Shown: positions 1 through 8,601 of the stretch, piece by piece
How the letters are laid out: the number at the start of each line of letters is the position of its first letter
Numbering within the stretch: position 1 is the stretch's first letter
DNA from: Limnothrix sp. BL-A-16
Lineage (GTDB): Bacteria; Cyanobacteriota; Cyanobacteriia; CACIAM-69d
DNA length: 64,000 nucleotides
Assembly (NCBI GenBank): GCA_041937175.2
Contig: CP166615.1
Span: 4,032,001-4,096,000 of the forward strand
Direction of reading: 5' to 3'
The notes under the pieces: model-generated
Seen by the model: the letters and a program-made list of their open reading frames with translations, nothing else
What the model was told of the DNA's origin: nothing
Database searches by the model: none
Program-made: the position numbers and the translations under genes

Positions 1-118
1 TGCTCGCGAGATCTCCCGGCGGGTATTGGTCGATGCGCCTTGGTTGAAAGACCAGCGCGACTTGTATGTTTGTTAGTATTCTTGAGCGCTTACTCGCAAA
101 ACAGTATCGGGTCTGATT

Positions 119-1828
119 TTGAGCTTGTCGCCTTCCCAACTTCCAGTTTCCTGGTCTTCGGCTGACCTTGATCCGCAGCCAGCGGCCCTGGCCAGGGTGG
201 CTGAGTTGCGATCGGCTCTGCGCCAGCAACCGATCGGGCCAGAAGCAGCGGTGTGTTATGGCCAGTTGGGGGCAGCGCTGGCAATGTTGGGGCGACGAGT
301 GCCGGCCCTGTGGGCGTTTTTGCATCAGGCTCTTTGTGCCGGTTGGGACGATGCGGACTTGGCCTACCAGGAATATCATCTGCTGCCGACCTGCGCGATC
401 GAGCAGCAAGCCCACGCCCATCACCAACTGGCCCTGTGGCTGCGCGATCAGGGCTGTTGGTTGGGGGCCCGAGTGGCCCTGGAGGAGGCGATCGCCCTCA
501 ATCCAGACGCACCGACCACTTGGACGGCCCTAGGCGATTGGTGGCGAGACTGTCCCGACCCGGCCTTGGAACCGGAGCGGGTCGATCGGGCCTTGGCGGC
601 CTATCTCCAGGCCTTGTATCGCAACCCCACCTACCGCCGACCCTACGATCACTTGTTTCGGTTGCTCCAACGGGCGGGCCGTTTTGAGGATGCCCTGTCC
701 TGTGGGCGCAAGTGGGTTCCGCGTTCCCTGGTGTTGGCCGATCGCCAGCAAGTTCCCCCGGAATTACCCGCCGCCACCTTGGACTATTGCCCGATTGACC
801 CGGCCGATCGGGTGCAGCTCAGGGCCTCCCGATCGCCCCTCGGAGAGCCGCCCCATCCCGACCTTTGCGCCACTGAATACGAAGTCGATCCCACCTTTGT
901 GGTCACCCTGCCCCAGGGCCGGGCCTGGACGGATCATTACACCAGCGCCATTTTTACCGAAACGGGCGCATTGGTTCAGGAACTCTCCCTCGGCAGCGCG
1001 GAGTTGGTGGCCCTGTCGGAGCAATTGCCGCCGCCGCGTCGGGTTGCGGGAACCGTCGCCCTGTTGTCGGTGGCGGGGGGGTCAATGTTTTGTCACTGGT
1101 TGCTAAATCTCCTGTCGCGGTTGCGGCTGCTGGCCGATGCGGGCTGGACGTTGGATCAGTTTGACTATGTGGCGGTGAATGAGCAGGAATATCGCTACCA
1201 AACGGAAACCCTCGAACTGTTGGGCATTTCGCCCCAAAAGCTGATTATTAGCAATCCAGACGATCGCCATATTGTGGCCGATCGGTTGGTGGTGCCCTCG
1301 CGGGTCGATCGCGCCACGCCCTGGATTTGCGACACCCTGCGGCAACTGTTTTTGCGACCCGCCATTATTCAGTCCATGGCCCCGCACGATCGGCTCTACA
1401 TCAGTCGTGACTGGGCCAAATATCGCCGCGTTGTGGACGATCGCCAACTCAGTGATTGGCTGGTGCGTCAGCATGGGTTCAAAATCGTGCTGCTGGAAAG
1501 TCTGTCCTTTGCCCAACAGGTTTCCCTTTTAGCCCAAGCCAAGGTGGTGATTGCGCCCCATGGAGCCGGCCTCACCAACCTGGTTTTTTGCCAACCGGGC
1601 ACGATCGTCCTGGAACTGTTTTCGCCGCGCTATGTGCCCAGCTACTTTTGGGAAATTGCCGACCTGATTGGCCTCGCGCACTATCACCTGGTGGGTGAAC
1701 CCCTAGATCACTATCCCGATCCGGAGGCGATTTTGAACTATCGCTTCTCGGATCCCGGGGCGGATGGGATTTGGATTCCGTTCGATCGCTTCCAAACGGC
1801 CGTCAACCATTTGCTGACTCAGGGGTAA
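119..1828 (+). CDS. TPR-containing glycosyltransferase family 61 (DUF563) protein
   Basis: N-terminal TPR-like helices; C-terminal GT61 motifs (HWLLNLL, LYISR, VIAPHGAGLTNLVFC); start codon uncertain. Confidence 0.85.
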   Translation: MSLSPSQLPVSWSSADLDPQPAALARVAELRSALRQQPIGPEAAVCYGQLGAALAMLGRRVPALWAFLHQALCAGWDDADLAYQEYHLLPTCAIEQQAHAHHQLALWLRDQGCWLGARVALEEAIALNPDAPTTWTALGDWWRDCPDPALEPERVDRALAAYLQALYRNPTYRRPYDHLFRLLQRAGRFEDALSCGRKWVPRSLVLADRQQVPPELPAATLDYCPIDPADRVQLRASRSPLGEPPHPDLCATEYEVDPTFVVTLPQGRAWTDHYTSAIFTETGALVQELSLGSAELVALSEQLPPPRRVAGTVALLSVAGGSMFCHWLLNLLSRLRLLADAGWTLDQFDYVAVNEQEYRYQTETLELLGISPQKLIISNPDDRHIVADRLVVPSRVDRATPWICDTLRQLFLRPAIIQSMAPHDRLYISRDWAKYRRVVDDRQLSDWLVRQHGFKIVLLESLSFAQQVSLLAQAKVVIAPHGAGLTNLVFCQPGTIVLELFSPRYVPSYFWEIADLIGLAHYHLVGEPLDHYPDPEAILNYRFSDPGADGIWIPFDRFQTAVNHLLTQG

Positions 1829-1961
1829 CCCAGGGCTAACCCAACGCAAATCCAGAACTGCTCGATCGCTCCAATTTCCTGCCGTTCTGCTGCCTTTCCC
1901 CTCCTTCCTCAGCAAGCCTGCTCCCCCGATCGGGTGCGTCCGGTTGTTGACTGCGATACTT

Positions 1962-1982
1962 TTTGAAAGTCATTTGCATTTA
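1962..1982. promoter_or_regulatory. Putative Fur box upstream of the AraC regulator
   Basis: TTTGAAAGTCATTTGCATTTA, an AT-rich imperfect palindrome resembling cyanobacterial Fur sites, at the head of an iron-uptake cluster. Confidence 0.45.
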
Positions 1983-2062
1983 AAATAAATGCCAACTTTT
2001 GAAACTGCTAGCAATTCCTAATAATTCCATTCCTAAATTTCACCAAAAATCACTTATCTGAC

Positions 2063-2695
2063 ATGGCTCCTGGCATCTCTGACGGTGACTGGCGGGACTT
2101 GTGGCAAGCCAGCCGCCAGATGGCCCACCCCTTCAATCCCCAAAATTCCCCCGATTTCCAAGATTCCCCCGATTCCACCGATCCATTGACCCTAATCACG
2201 CCTGCGATGCAAGTGGTGCTGCAACAGATGCTCCATTGCCCCCATCACGGCGCGATGAGGCAGATGTATTTGGAAAGTAAGTTCGTGGAACTGTTGACCC
2301 TGTGGTTAGCTCAAGTGGAAGACCAAGGGGGAGCTGATCGACCCATCGCCGATCGCTCGCTGCCCATGAAGGGATCTGACCTCGATCGGATCTATCAGGC
2401 GCGGGATATTTTGCTGCAACGGTTCCAGACTCCCCCGTCCTTGACGGATTTGGCGCGACAGGTGGGGCTAAATGACTGCACCCTGAAGCGGCAGTTTAAG
2501 CAGGTGTTTGGCAAAACCGTCTTTGGCTATTTACACGATTACCGAATGGAGCAAGCCCGCCGCTGGTTGCTCGATCGCCAGTGGTCTGTGACGGAAGTGG
2601 CCCGGCGAGTGGGCTACACCAACCTTTGCGCTTTCAGTACGGCATTTCGCAAAAAATTTGGCCTCAGTCCCCGATCGTTCCAGCGACAAGGCTGA
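2063..2695 (+). CDS. AraC-family (PchR-like) transcriptional regulator, short form
   Basis: MYLESK motif and C-terminal double HTH (LARQVGLN...FKQVFG...VGY...FSTAFRKKFG). Confidence 0.9.
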   Translation: MAPGISDGDWRDLWQASRQMAHPFNPQNSPDFQDSPDSTDPLTLITPAMQVVLQQMLHCPHHGAMRQMYLESKFVELLTLWLAQVEDQGGADRPIADRSLPMKGSDLDRIYQARDILLQRFQTPPSLTDLARQVGLNDCTLKRQFKQVFGKTVFGYLHDYRMEQARRWLLDRQWSVTEVARRVGYTNLCAFSTAFRKKFGLSPRSFQRQG

Positions 2696-2769
2696 AACTG
2701 ACGGCCGGCCGAGGCTCAAGGGGCGATCAAGGGACTACTGCGCGATCGTCCCCTGGCCCCAATTTCACT

Positions 2770-2804
2770 AAAAATTCCGTTTCGCCAAAGAAAAATTCCG
2801 TTTC
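2770..2804. promoter_or_regulatory. Direct repeat AAAAATTCCGTTTC x2, putative AraC/PchR operator
   Basis: Exact 14-bp copies at 2770-2783 and 2791-2804 (21-bp period) between araC and exbB. Confidence 0.6.
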
Positions 2805-2861
2805 AGCAAACTTTTGTTCCCCATTTTCGGGGAATGACACCGTAAGATCATCTCGCCAATT

Positions 2862-2882
2862 AATTGAAAGTAGTTCTCAACT
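2862..2882. promoter_or_regulatory. Putative Fur box upstream of exbB
   Basis: AATTGAAAGTAGTTCTCAACT imperfect palindrome. Confidence 0.6.
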
Positions 2883-3264
2883 GAGAGGCTCGGCGGTGGC
2901 GCTCCACCGTCGTGTTGGCTGGCGCGAGGGGATTGGTGTGGCTCGTGGATTTAAATTTGATGGCTGGCAAACCCGTGATCAAGGGCGCTTGAACAGTAAA
3001 AATATCAGCTCAGAATAAAAAACGTCTGAAGCCTCAAGCTTGATCTATTTGCCTCCAGCCACCGTAACCAACAAGAACCAGCAAGAAACTTGAACTCTTT
3101 GTTTTCATTGCTGTTTTGGTTTGACGAACATTTCAGAATAAATTTTTGAAAAATCTCCTTGAAAACTGAAAATGAACAATTCATTGACGAGCATTAAATG
3201 AGCATTTATTGGCATTTTTTGCAAAATTTGCAGGCAATTTGTTGACAAGGTGGGTGAAGGCACA

Positions 3265-3939
3265 ATGCAGAAACTGGGTGAAATTTTGGTGGCAGCGGGA
3301 GCAGTTGCGGTTCCCCTCACGTTGTTTTCAGTGTTGGCGATCGCCCTGATCATCGAGCGAGTGGTTTTTTGGTTTCGAGTTAATCGACGACAAACCAAAG
3401 CCATTCGGGAAGTGTTGGATCTCTATGAATTTGATCCATTGCTAGCGGTTGAAAAACTCAAGCGAAATGTGGATTTACCTCTGGGGCGAATTTTCCTGGC
3501 GGCAGCATCCTTAGAAGAAGCGGAACCCGATGAAATTGCCCTGGCGATCGATGGGGCTACTCAGGCAGAAATTCCCGTTTTAAAACGCTTTAACAACATC
3601 TTCGACACCATCATCACGCTCTCCCCCTTGTTGGGATTGCTGGGAACCGTGTTGGGGCTAATTCAATCCTTTAGCTCCCTGAATTTAGGTGATGTGGGCG
3701 GTGCAAAGACCACCGCTGTGACTTCCGGGATTAGTGAAGCCTTGGTTTCTACGGCTTTTGGGTTGGTGGTGGCACTGTTTACGCTGTTTTTTGCCAATAC
3801 CTTTCGAGGGTTTTACCTACGGCAAATTGCCCTGATTCAAGAATATTCGGCGGAACTGGAACTCCGGCATCGGCGCTATTGGAAAAAAATGCGACTCAAA
3901 CAAACCGAGGAGACACCCTATGCGCAGACGAAGTATTGA
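3265..3939 (+). CDS. exbB: ExbB (MotA/TolQ/ExbB proton channel)
   Basis: SPLLGLLGTVLGLI and GISEALVSTAFGLVVA motifs. Confidence 0.93.
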   Translation: MQKLGEILVAAGAVAVPLTLFSVLAIALIIERVVFWFRVNRRQTKAIREVLDLYEFDPLLAVEKLKRNVDLPLGRIFLAAASLEEAEPDEIALAIDGATQAEIPVLKRFNNIFDTIITLSPLLGLLGTVLGLIQSFSSLNLGDVGGAKTTAVTSGISEALVSTAFGLVVALFTLFFANTFRGFYLRQIALIQEYSAELELRHRRYWKKMRLKQTEETPYAQTKY

Positions 3940-4336
3940 AGAACCGGATTTGCCACCTCGGATTGAAATTGTGCCGATGATCGATGTGATCTTCGCCATC
4001 TTGACCTTTTTTATTATGTCTACGCTCTTTTTGGGGCGGTTTGAAGGGTTGGCGGTGAACTTGCCGAAAGCCCAATCCGCTAAACCTCAAAAGGTGATTC
4101 GAGCCACGGTGACACTCGATCCCCAAGGTGGTTTATTTCTGAACAAAACCCCCGTGGCGATCGAGTCTTTGACCAACGCGATTCGAGGACTTCAGCAATC
4201 GGGACAGGATTTAACGATCGTCCTGAATGCGGATGGTTCGGTGACCCACGATCGCGTGGTGGCGGTGATGGATCGGGTGCGCCAAGTGGAGGGGGCCAAA
4301 CTGGCGATCGCCACCCAAAAAATCACTCCGCCTTAA
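3920..4336 (+). CDS. exbD: ExbD/TolR biopolymer transport protein
   Basis: IVPMIDVIFAILTFF, VNLPKA and VVAVMD motifs; overlaps exbB. Confidence 0.93.
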   Translation: MRRRSIEEPDLPPRIEIVPMIDVIFAILTFFIMSTLFLGRFEGLAVNLPKAQSAKPQKVIRATVTLDPQGGLFLNKTPVAIESLTNAIRGLQQSGQDLTIVLNADGSVTHDRVVAVMDRVRQVEGAKLAIATQKITPP

Positions 4337-4386
4337 GGGATTGCTTACCTATTTTTGCCCGATCGCTCGATGGTTTAAATCCGCCT

Positions 4387-5832
4387 ATGGACAGCTCACA
4401 ACTGATTGGTCAGCAGCGCCAAAAAGAATCTCGGTGGCTGCAACGGTTTCTGTTAGGTAGCCTTTGCGGGTCGGCGGCGCTGCATGGTTTGGCTTGGGGC
4501 TGGCAGGTGCAGGATTTGTGGGGCGATCGCCCGGTCAGTGACGACACCGAAATGGAAGTGACCATTTCCAACGTCACGCCCGACCAACCGCCGGAACCTC
4601 TCGCCCCACCGCCCAAAACCCAGGTGCCCCAACCCGTCCAGCGCGATCGGGTTCCTTTGGCTCCCCAAAGTCAGGCTCCTTTGAAAGCCGGTGAAGACGC
4701 ACCCACCCGCAGCCCCAACCCCACAGCCGATCGCGACCCGATCGCCCCCGGCACTAGTCCCACGGGGGATGCACCGGCCCTGGCGACGGGCACCGGCCCG
4801 ATTAGCGACCCCAATGGTACGGGGGACGGATTTGGCAATGCCAGCCAAGCCACCGGATTCACCCCGGGCGCACCGACCGGCGATCCCGAAGGCACGGGGT
4901 CGAGCGATGGGGAACCGGCTGGCACCTTGGAGGGGCCGCCCGTGGCCAGCCCGCCCCCGAGTCCGCCGCCCGCGCGATCGCCCGGCCAGCCCCAATGTGT
5001 GAGCTGTCCCCTGCCGCGCTATCGGGGTACGGAAGCCAGTCCCCGCGTGGATTTGCGAATTCGACCCGATGGCAGCGTAGAGGTGCGGTTGCGCCAATCC
5101 AGCGGTAACCCCGAGGTCGATCGCGAAACCCTAGAAGCGATGCGGCAATGGCGCTTTGACCCGCAAACCGTGCCCGAGGGTGGCCTGCGCCGACCCATGC
5201 GCGTCACCTACGAAGAGGAGGGATCGCGGTTCCAGCGGGCCAACGAGGCGCGCCGTCGCGAGGAAGTGGAGCGCCGTCAGGCGGCGGAGCAGGCGGAACG
5301 GCAACGGGCCGCTGAACGCCCCGTGGAACAGCCCGTTACATCCACGGCCGATCGCCCCGTGGAACCCGCCGCCGATCGCCCCTCTGAACGCCCAACGGAA
5401 CGCCCCACCGAGCGCCCCACCGAGCAACCGGCCAGCCCCGCCCCAGCGGCCGCTTCCACGGGATCCGCCCCCGCTGCTCCGGCGAGCACTGACCGGGAAC
5501 CGCGCCCCAGTCGCCCCAGCGCGCCCAGCACCGCTAGCGATCCAAGTCCTAGCCGCCCGGCTCCAGAACCGGCGCGCCCCGCAGTGGTGGCCCCCGCCCG
5601 ATCGCCCGTGGCCCCAGCGGAGCCACCGGCCCGCAGTCCCGCCGCCGAGCCCCGGCCGCGCCAGTCCGCCGCAGTCCCCGGCCCACTCGATCGCCCCGGC
5701 CTCGGCGATCGCCCCGCCCGGCTCAAGCGGCCCCGGCTCCTCAGCCCGCGCCCGCCGCCCCGGCTGCGCCCAGCGCTCCGGAACCCGCCCCCGCCAGCAG
5801 TCCCGCCAACTAGATCGCTCGAACACCATTGA
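4387..5832 (+). CDS. tonB: TonB energy transducer with long Pro/Ala-rich regions (probable 1-nt frameshift near 5718)
   Basis: N-terminal TM with S...LH motif, Pro-rich linker, TonB_C-like segment (SSGNPEVDRETLEAMRQWRF); follows exbBD. Confidence 0.8.
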   Translation: MDSSQLIGQQRQKESRWLQRFLLGSLCGSAALHGLAWGWQVQDLWGDRPVSDDTEMEVTISNVTPDQPPEPLAPPPKTQVPQPVQRDRVPLAPQSQAPLKAGEDAPTRSPNPTADRDPIAPGTSPTGDAPALATGTGPISDPNGTGDGFGNASQATGFTPGAPTGDPEGTGSSDGEPAGTLEGPPVASPPPSPPPARSPGQPQCVSCPLPRYRGTEASPRVDLRIRPDGSVEVRLRQSSGNPEVDRETLEAMRQWRFDPQTVPEGGLRRPMRVTYEEEGSRFQRANEARRREEVERRQAAEQAERQRAAERPVEQPVTSTADRPVEPAADRPSERPTERPTERPTEQPASPAPAAASTGSAPAAPASTDREPRPSRPSAPSTASDPSPSRPAPEPARPAVVAPARSPVAPAEPPARSPAAEPRPRQSAAVPGPLDRPGLGDRPARLKRPRLLSPRPPPRLRPALRNPPPPAVPPTRSLEHH

Positions 5833-5966
5833 TGTCCTGCCTCGGATCCGCCGTTACCTCGGCGTGATTCCCGATCGTGCTGCGCAAAATTCGGGCGCAA
5901 TGGTTCTGGCTGAAGGGTTTGTCTGTTTTGAATTTGCTGTTTTGAATTTGTTTTTAGGAAGCCCCC

Positions 5967-8489
5967 ATGAAGCCTGCATCTCCCCTGTCTCTGTCGGTTT
6001 TGGTGATGGCGATCGGCTTGTTGGCCGCTCCCGCTGGGGCTGAGTCTGTTCCCCCGGAGCCACTCGATCGATTCCGCAGCACCGCCCCCGCCACGTCGGT
6101 AGAGTCCTGGCTAGCCCAAGCCGATCGCCCGGCCACCGTCACTCGTGTGGTGGTCACAGCTCTGCCCGATGAGTTGGAAATTGCCCTAGAGACTCCAGCC
6201 GGTCAGTCCTTGCTGATTGATGCGAACCAGTTTCGAGCTGAAGGCAACCAACTGATCGCCGAGATCAACAACGCCAGCTTGGTGCTGCCGGAAGGGGCAG
6301 AGTTCAACCAAGCTGATCCCACTTCTGAAGTCGCTGCCGTGCGGGTTTGGCAGGTTGCACCCGATCGAATCCAAGTGGTGGTGACAGGTCGTAATGGTTT
6401 ACCCATTCAGGACGTGACCTTGGCCACGGGTGACTTGGCCTACAGCCTGAACGTGGATGCCAATGCACCCGAAGAAGAACTGGTCGTCACCGGGCAGCGA
6501 TCGCCCAGTTACCGGGTTCCCAATGCCTCCAGTGCCACTGGCACGGACACCCCAATTCTGGAAACGCCTTTCTCAGTGCAGGTGATTCCCCAAGCCGTCC
6601 TGCGCGATCAGCAAGTAATCAACATCGAAGATGCGTTGAACAACGTGAGTGGCGTGGCTTTTGCTGGGAGCAATGGCAGCCGGGAAGCCAGTTTCAGCAT
6701 TCGCGGATTCGGCAATCAATTTTCCACTGGAGCCCCTCTATTGCGCGATGGGTATCGCATTTATGGCGGCTTCCAAGCCATTCCCGAAGTGGCCAACCTG
6801 GAACAAATTGAAGTGTTGAAGGGGCCAGCTTCCATTTTGTATGGGCAAATTGAACCGGGTGGCATTATTAATCTGGTTTCCAAACAACCCTTGGATCAGC
6901 CTTTTTATGAAGCAGAATTCCAAGCTGGCAGTGATGAGCTAGTCCGTCCTCGAATTGACTTCAGCGGCCCCTTAACCAGCGATGGCAGTTTGCGCTATCG
7001 ACTGAATGCCCTTTATCAGCATCGATCACCTTTTCGGGACTTTGACACTGATATTAATCGATTCGCGATCGCCCCAGTCTTGGCTTGGAAAATCAGCGAT
7101 CAAACTGATTTGGCTCTCAATTTGGAATATATCCATCAAAAGGGGCCAGCAGACTTTGGAATTAGCCGATTTGGGGATGGTGTTGCGCCTGTTGATCGGG
7201 AATTTGTGATCAACAACCCCGATGACTCAATTACCACTGAATACTTGAATACCGGCTATCAATTTGAGCACCGCTTCAGTGATAACTGGAAAATTCGCAA
7301 TGGCTTCCGCTACATCAACTACACCTATGACTACAGCGTTATAGCCCTGCCGATTATCGTGAATGATGCGGAGATTACTCGCTTTTATGCTGATCAAGAT
7401 GGAGACGATCGCTCCTACACAGCCCAAACCAGTGTTATTGGGAACTTCAAAACGGGTTCCCTAGAACACGAAGCGACGATCGGCCTCGATCTCAACTACA
7501 GCGAGTTCGCAATTGAGACTTTGTTTGATACGGCTAATCCGAGCACGATCAATATTTTTAACCCGGAATATGAGCGAGTTCCCAAGCCCGATCGCTCAGA
7601 TTTGCCGTCTTTTCAAGACGATATTACGATATCCACTCGGTTAGGAATTTATCTGCAAGATCGTATCAAGCTAACTGATAACCTGTTGATCATCGCCGGG
7701 TTGCGTTACGACACGATCGACAGCAAAACCGATCAAAAATTGACCGATGAGAGCAGCAGCTTCAATGCGGATGCTTGGACACCTCGCCTCGGAATTTTAT
7801 ATCAACCAATCCCTGAATTAGCGCTCTTCGCCAGCTATTCCCAATCCTTTCGACCCACGACGGCCACCAGTTCCAGTGGTGCAATTTTGCCTCCGGAAGA
7901 GGGCGAAGGATTTGAAGTGGGTGTGAAGGCCGAATTGTTCGATCGTCGCCTGCTGGCCACCCTCACCTACTTCGACATTGCCAAGCAAAATGTTGCGGTT
8001 TCAGATCCCGCAAATCCTCTCTTTTCTGTGGCTTCCGGTGAACAACGTAACCGAGGAATTGAGCTGGATCTGATTGGGGAACCATTACCCGGCTGGAAAA
8101 TTTTGGGTTCCTATGCCTACATCGATGGGGAAGTTACTGAAGACACCGATGAAGCCTTAATTGGTAATCGGCCGGCTGGTTTGGCAAAGCATAAAGCCAC
8201 CCTCTGGACAAGCTATGAAATCCAGTCCGGTTCCTTCAAAGGATTGGGCTTTGGGGTGGGGTTTGAATATGCGAGCGATCGCTACGGAAGCTTAGCCAAT
8301 GACTATCGATTGGGTGATTATCTGATTGGTAATGCAGCAATTTTCTATCAGCGAGATAACTATCGCTTCGCTTTGAATTTCCGCAACTTCACCGATGAAA
8401 ACTACATCAAAGGGGCCACTGGAAACGAAGGCGGTATTGAAGTGGGTTCACCCTTCACGGTCACAGGGTCAGCTTCAATTCGGTTCTAA
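5967..8489 (+). CDS. TonB-dependent siderophore receptor with AMIN domain (copy 1)
   Basis: Signal peptide, EELVVTG TonB box, plug (ETPFSVQVIP; IEVLKGPASILYG), C-terminal Phe. Confidence 0.95.
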   Translation: MKPASPLSLSVLVMAIGLLAAPAGAESVPPEPLDRFRSTAPATSVESWLAQADRPATVTRVVVTALPDELEIALETPAGQSLLIDANQFRAEGNQLIAEINNASLVLPEGAEFNQADPTSEVAAVRVWQVAPDRIQVVVTGRNGLPIQDVTLATGDLAYSLNVDANAPEEELVVTGQRSPSYRVPNASSATGTDTPILETPFSVQVIPQAVLRDQQVINIEDALNNVSGVAFAGSNGSREASFSIRGFGNQFSTGAPLLRDGYRIYGGFQAIPEVANLEQIEVLKGPASILYGQIEPGGIINLVSKQPLDQPFYEAEFQAGSDELVRPRIDFSGPLTSDGSLRYRLNALYQHRSPFRDFDTDINRFAIAPVLAWKISDQTDLALNLEYIHQKGPADFGISRFGDGVAPVDREFVINNPDDSITTEYLNTGYQFEHRFSDNWKIRNGFRYINYTYDYSVIALPIIVNDAEITRFYADQDGDDRSYTAQTSVIGNFKTGSLEHEATIGLDLNYSEFAIETLFDTANPSTINIFNPEYERVPKPDRSDLPSFQDDITISTRLGIYLQDRIKLTDNLLIIAGLRYDTIDSKTDQKLTDESSSFNADAWTPRLGILYQPIPELALFASYSQSFRPTTATSSSGAILPPEEGEGFEVGVKAELFDRRLLATLTYFDIAKQNVAVSDPANPLFSVASGEQRNRGIELDLIGEPLPGWKILGSYAYIDGEVTEDTDEALIGNRPAGLAKHKATLWTSYEIQSGSFKGLGFGVGFEYASDRYGSLANDYRLGDYLIGNAAIFYQRDNYRFALNFRNFTDENYIKGATGNEGGIEVGSPFTVTGSASIRF

Positions 8490-8601
8490 GTTTCGTAGGA
8501 AGCGCTTGCAACCATTGTGTTGATCTCATCCCCGGTCTTCATGAGGCCAATGTTCAAAAAATTTTCCCTGATTACTCCTTGAATTCCCTTAGAACATTCC
8601 C

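Noticed and set aside
4453..6043. Long alternative-frame and antisense ORFs over tonB
   Set aside because: Expected in GC-rich, Pro/Ala-coding DNA; no recognisable motifs.
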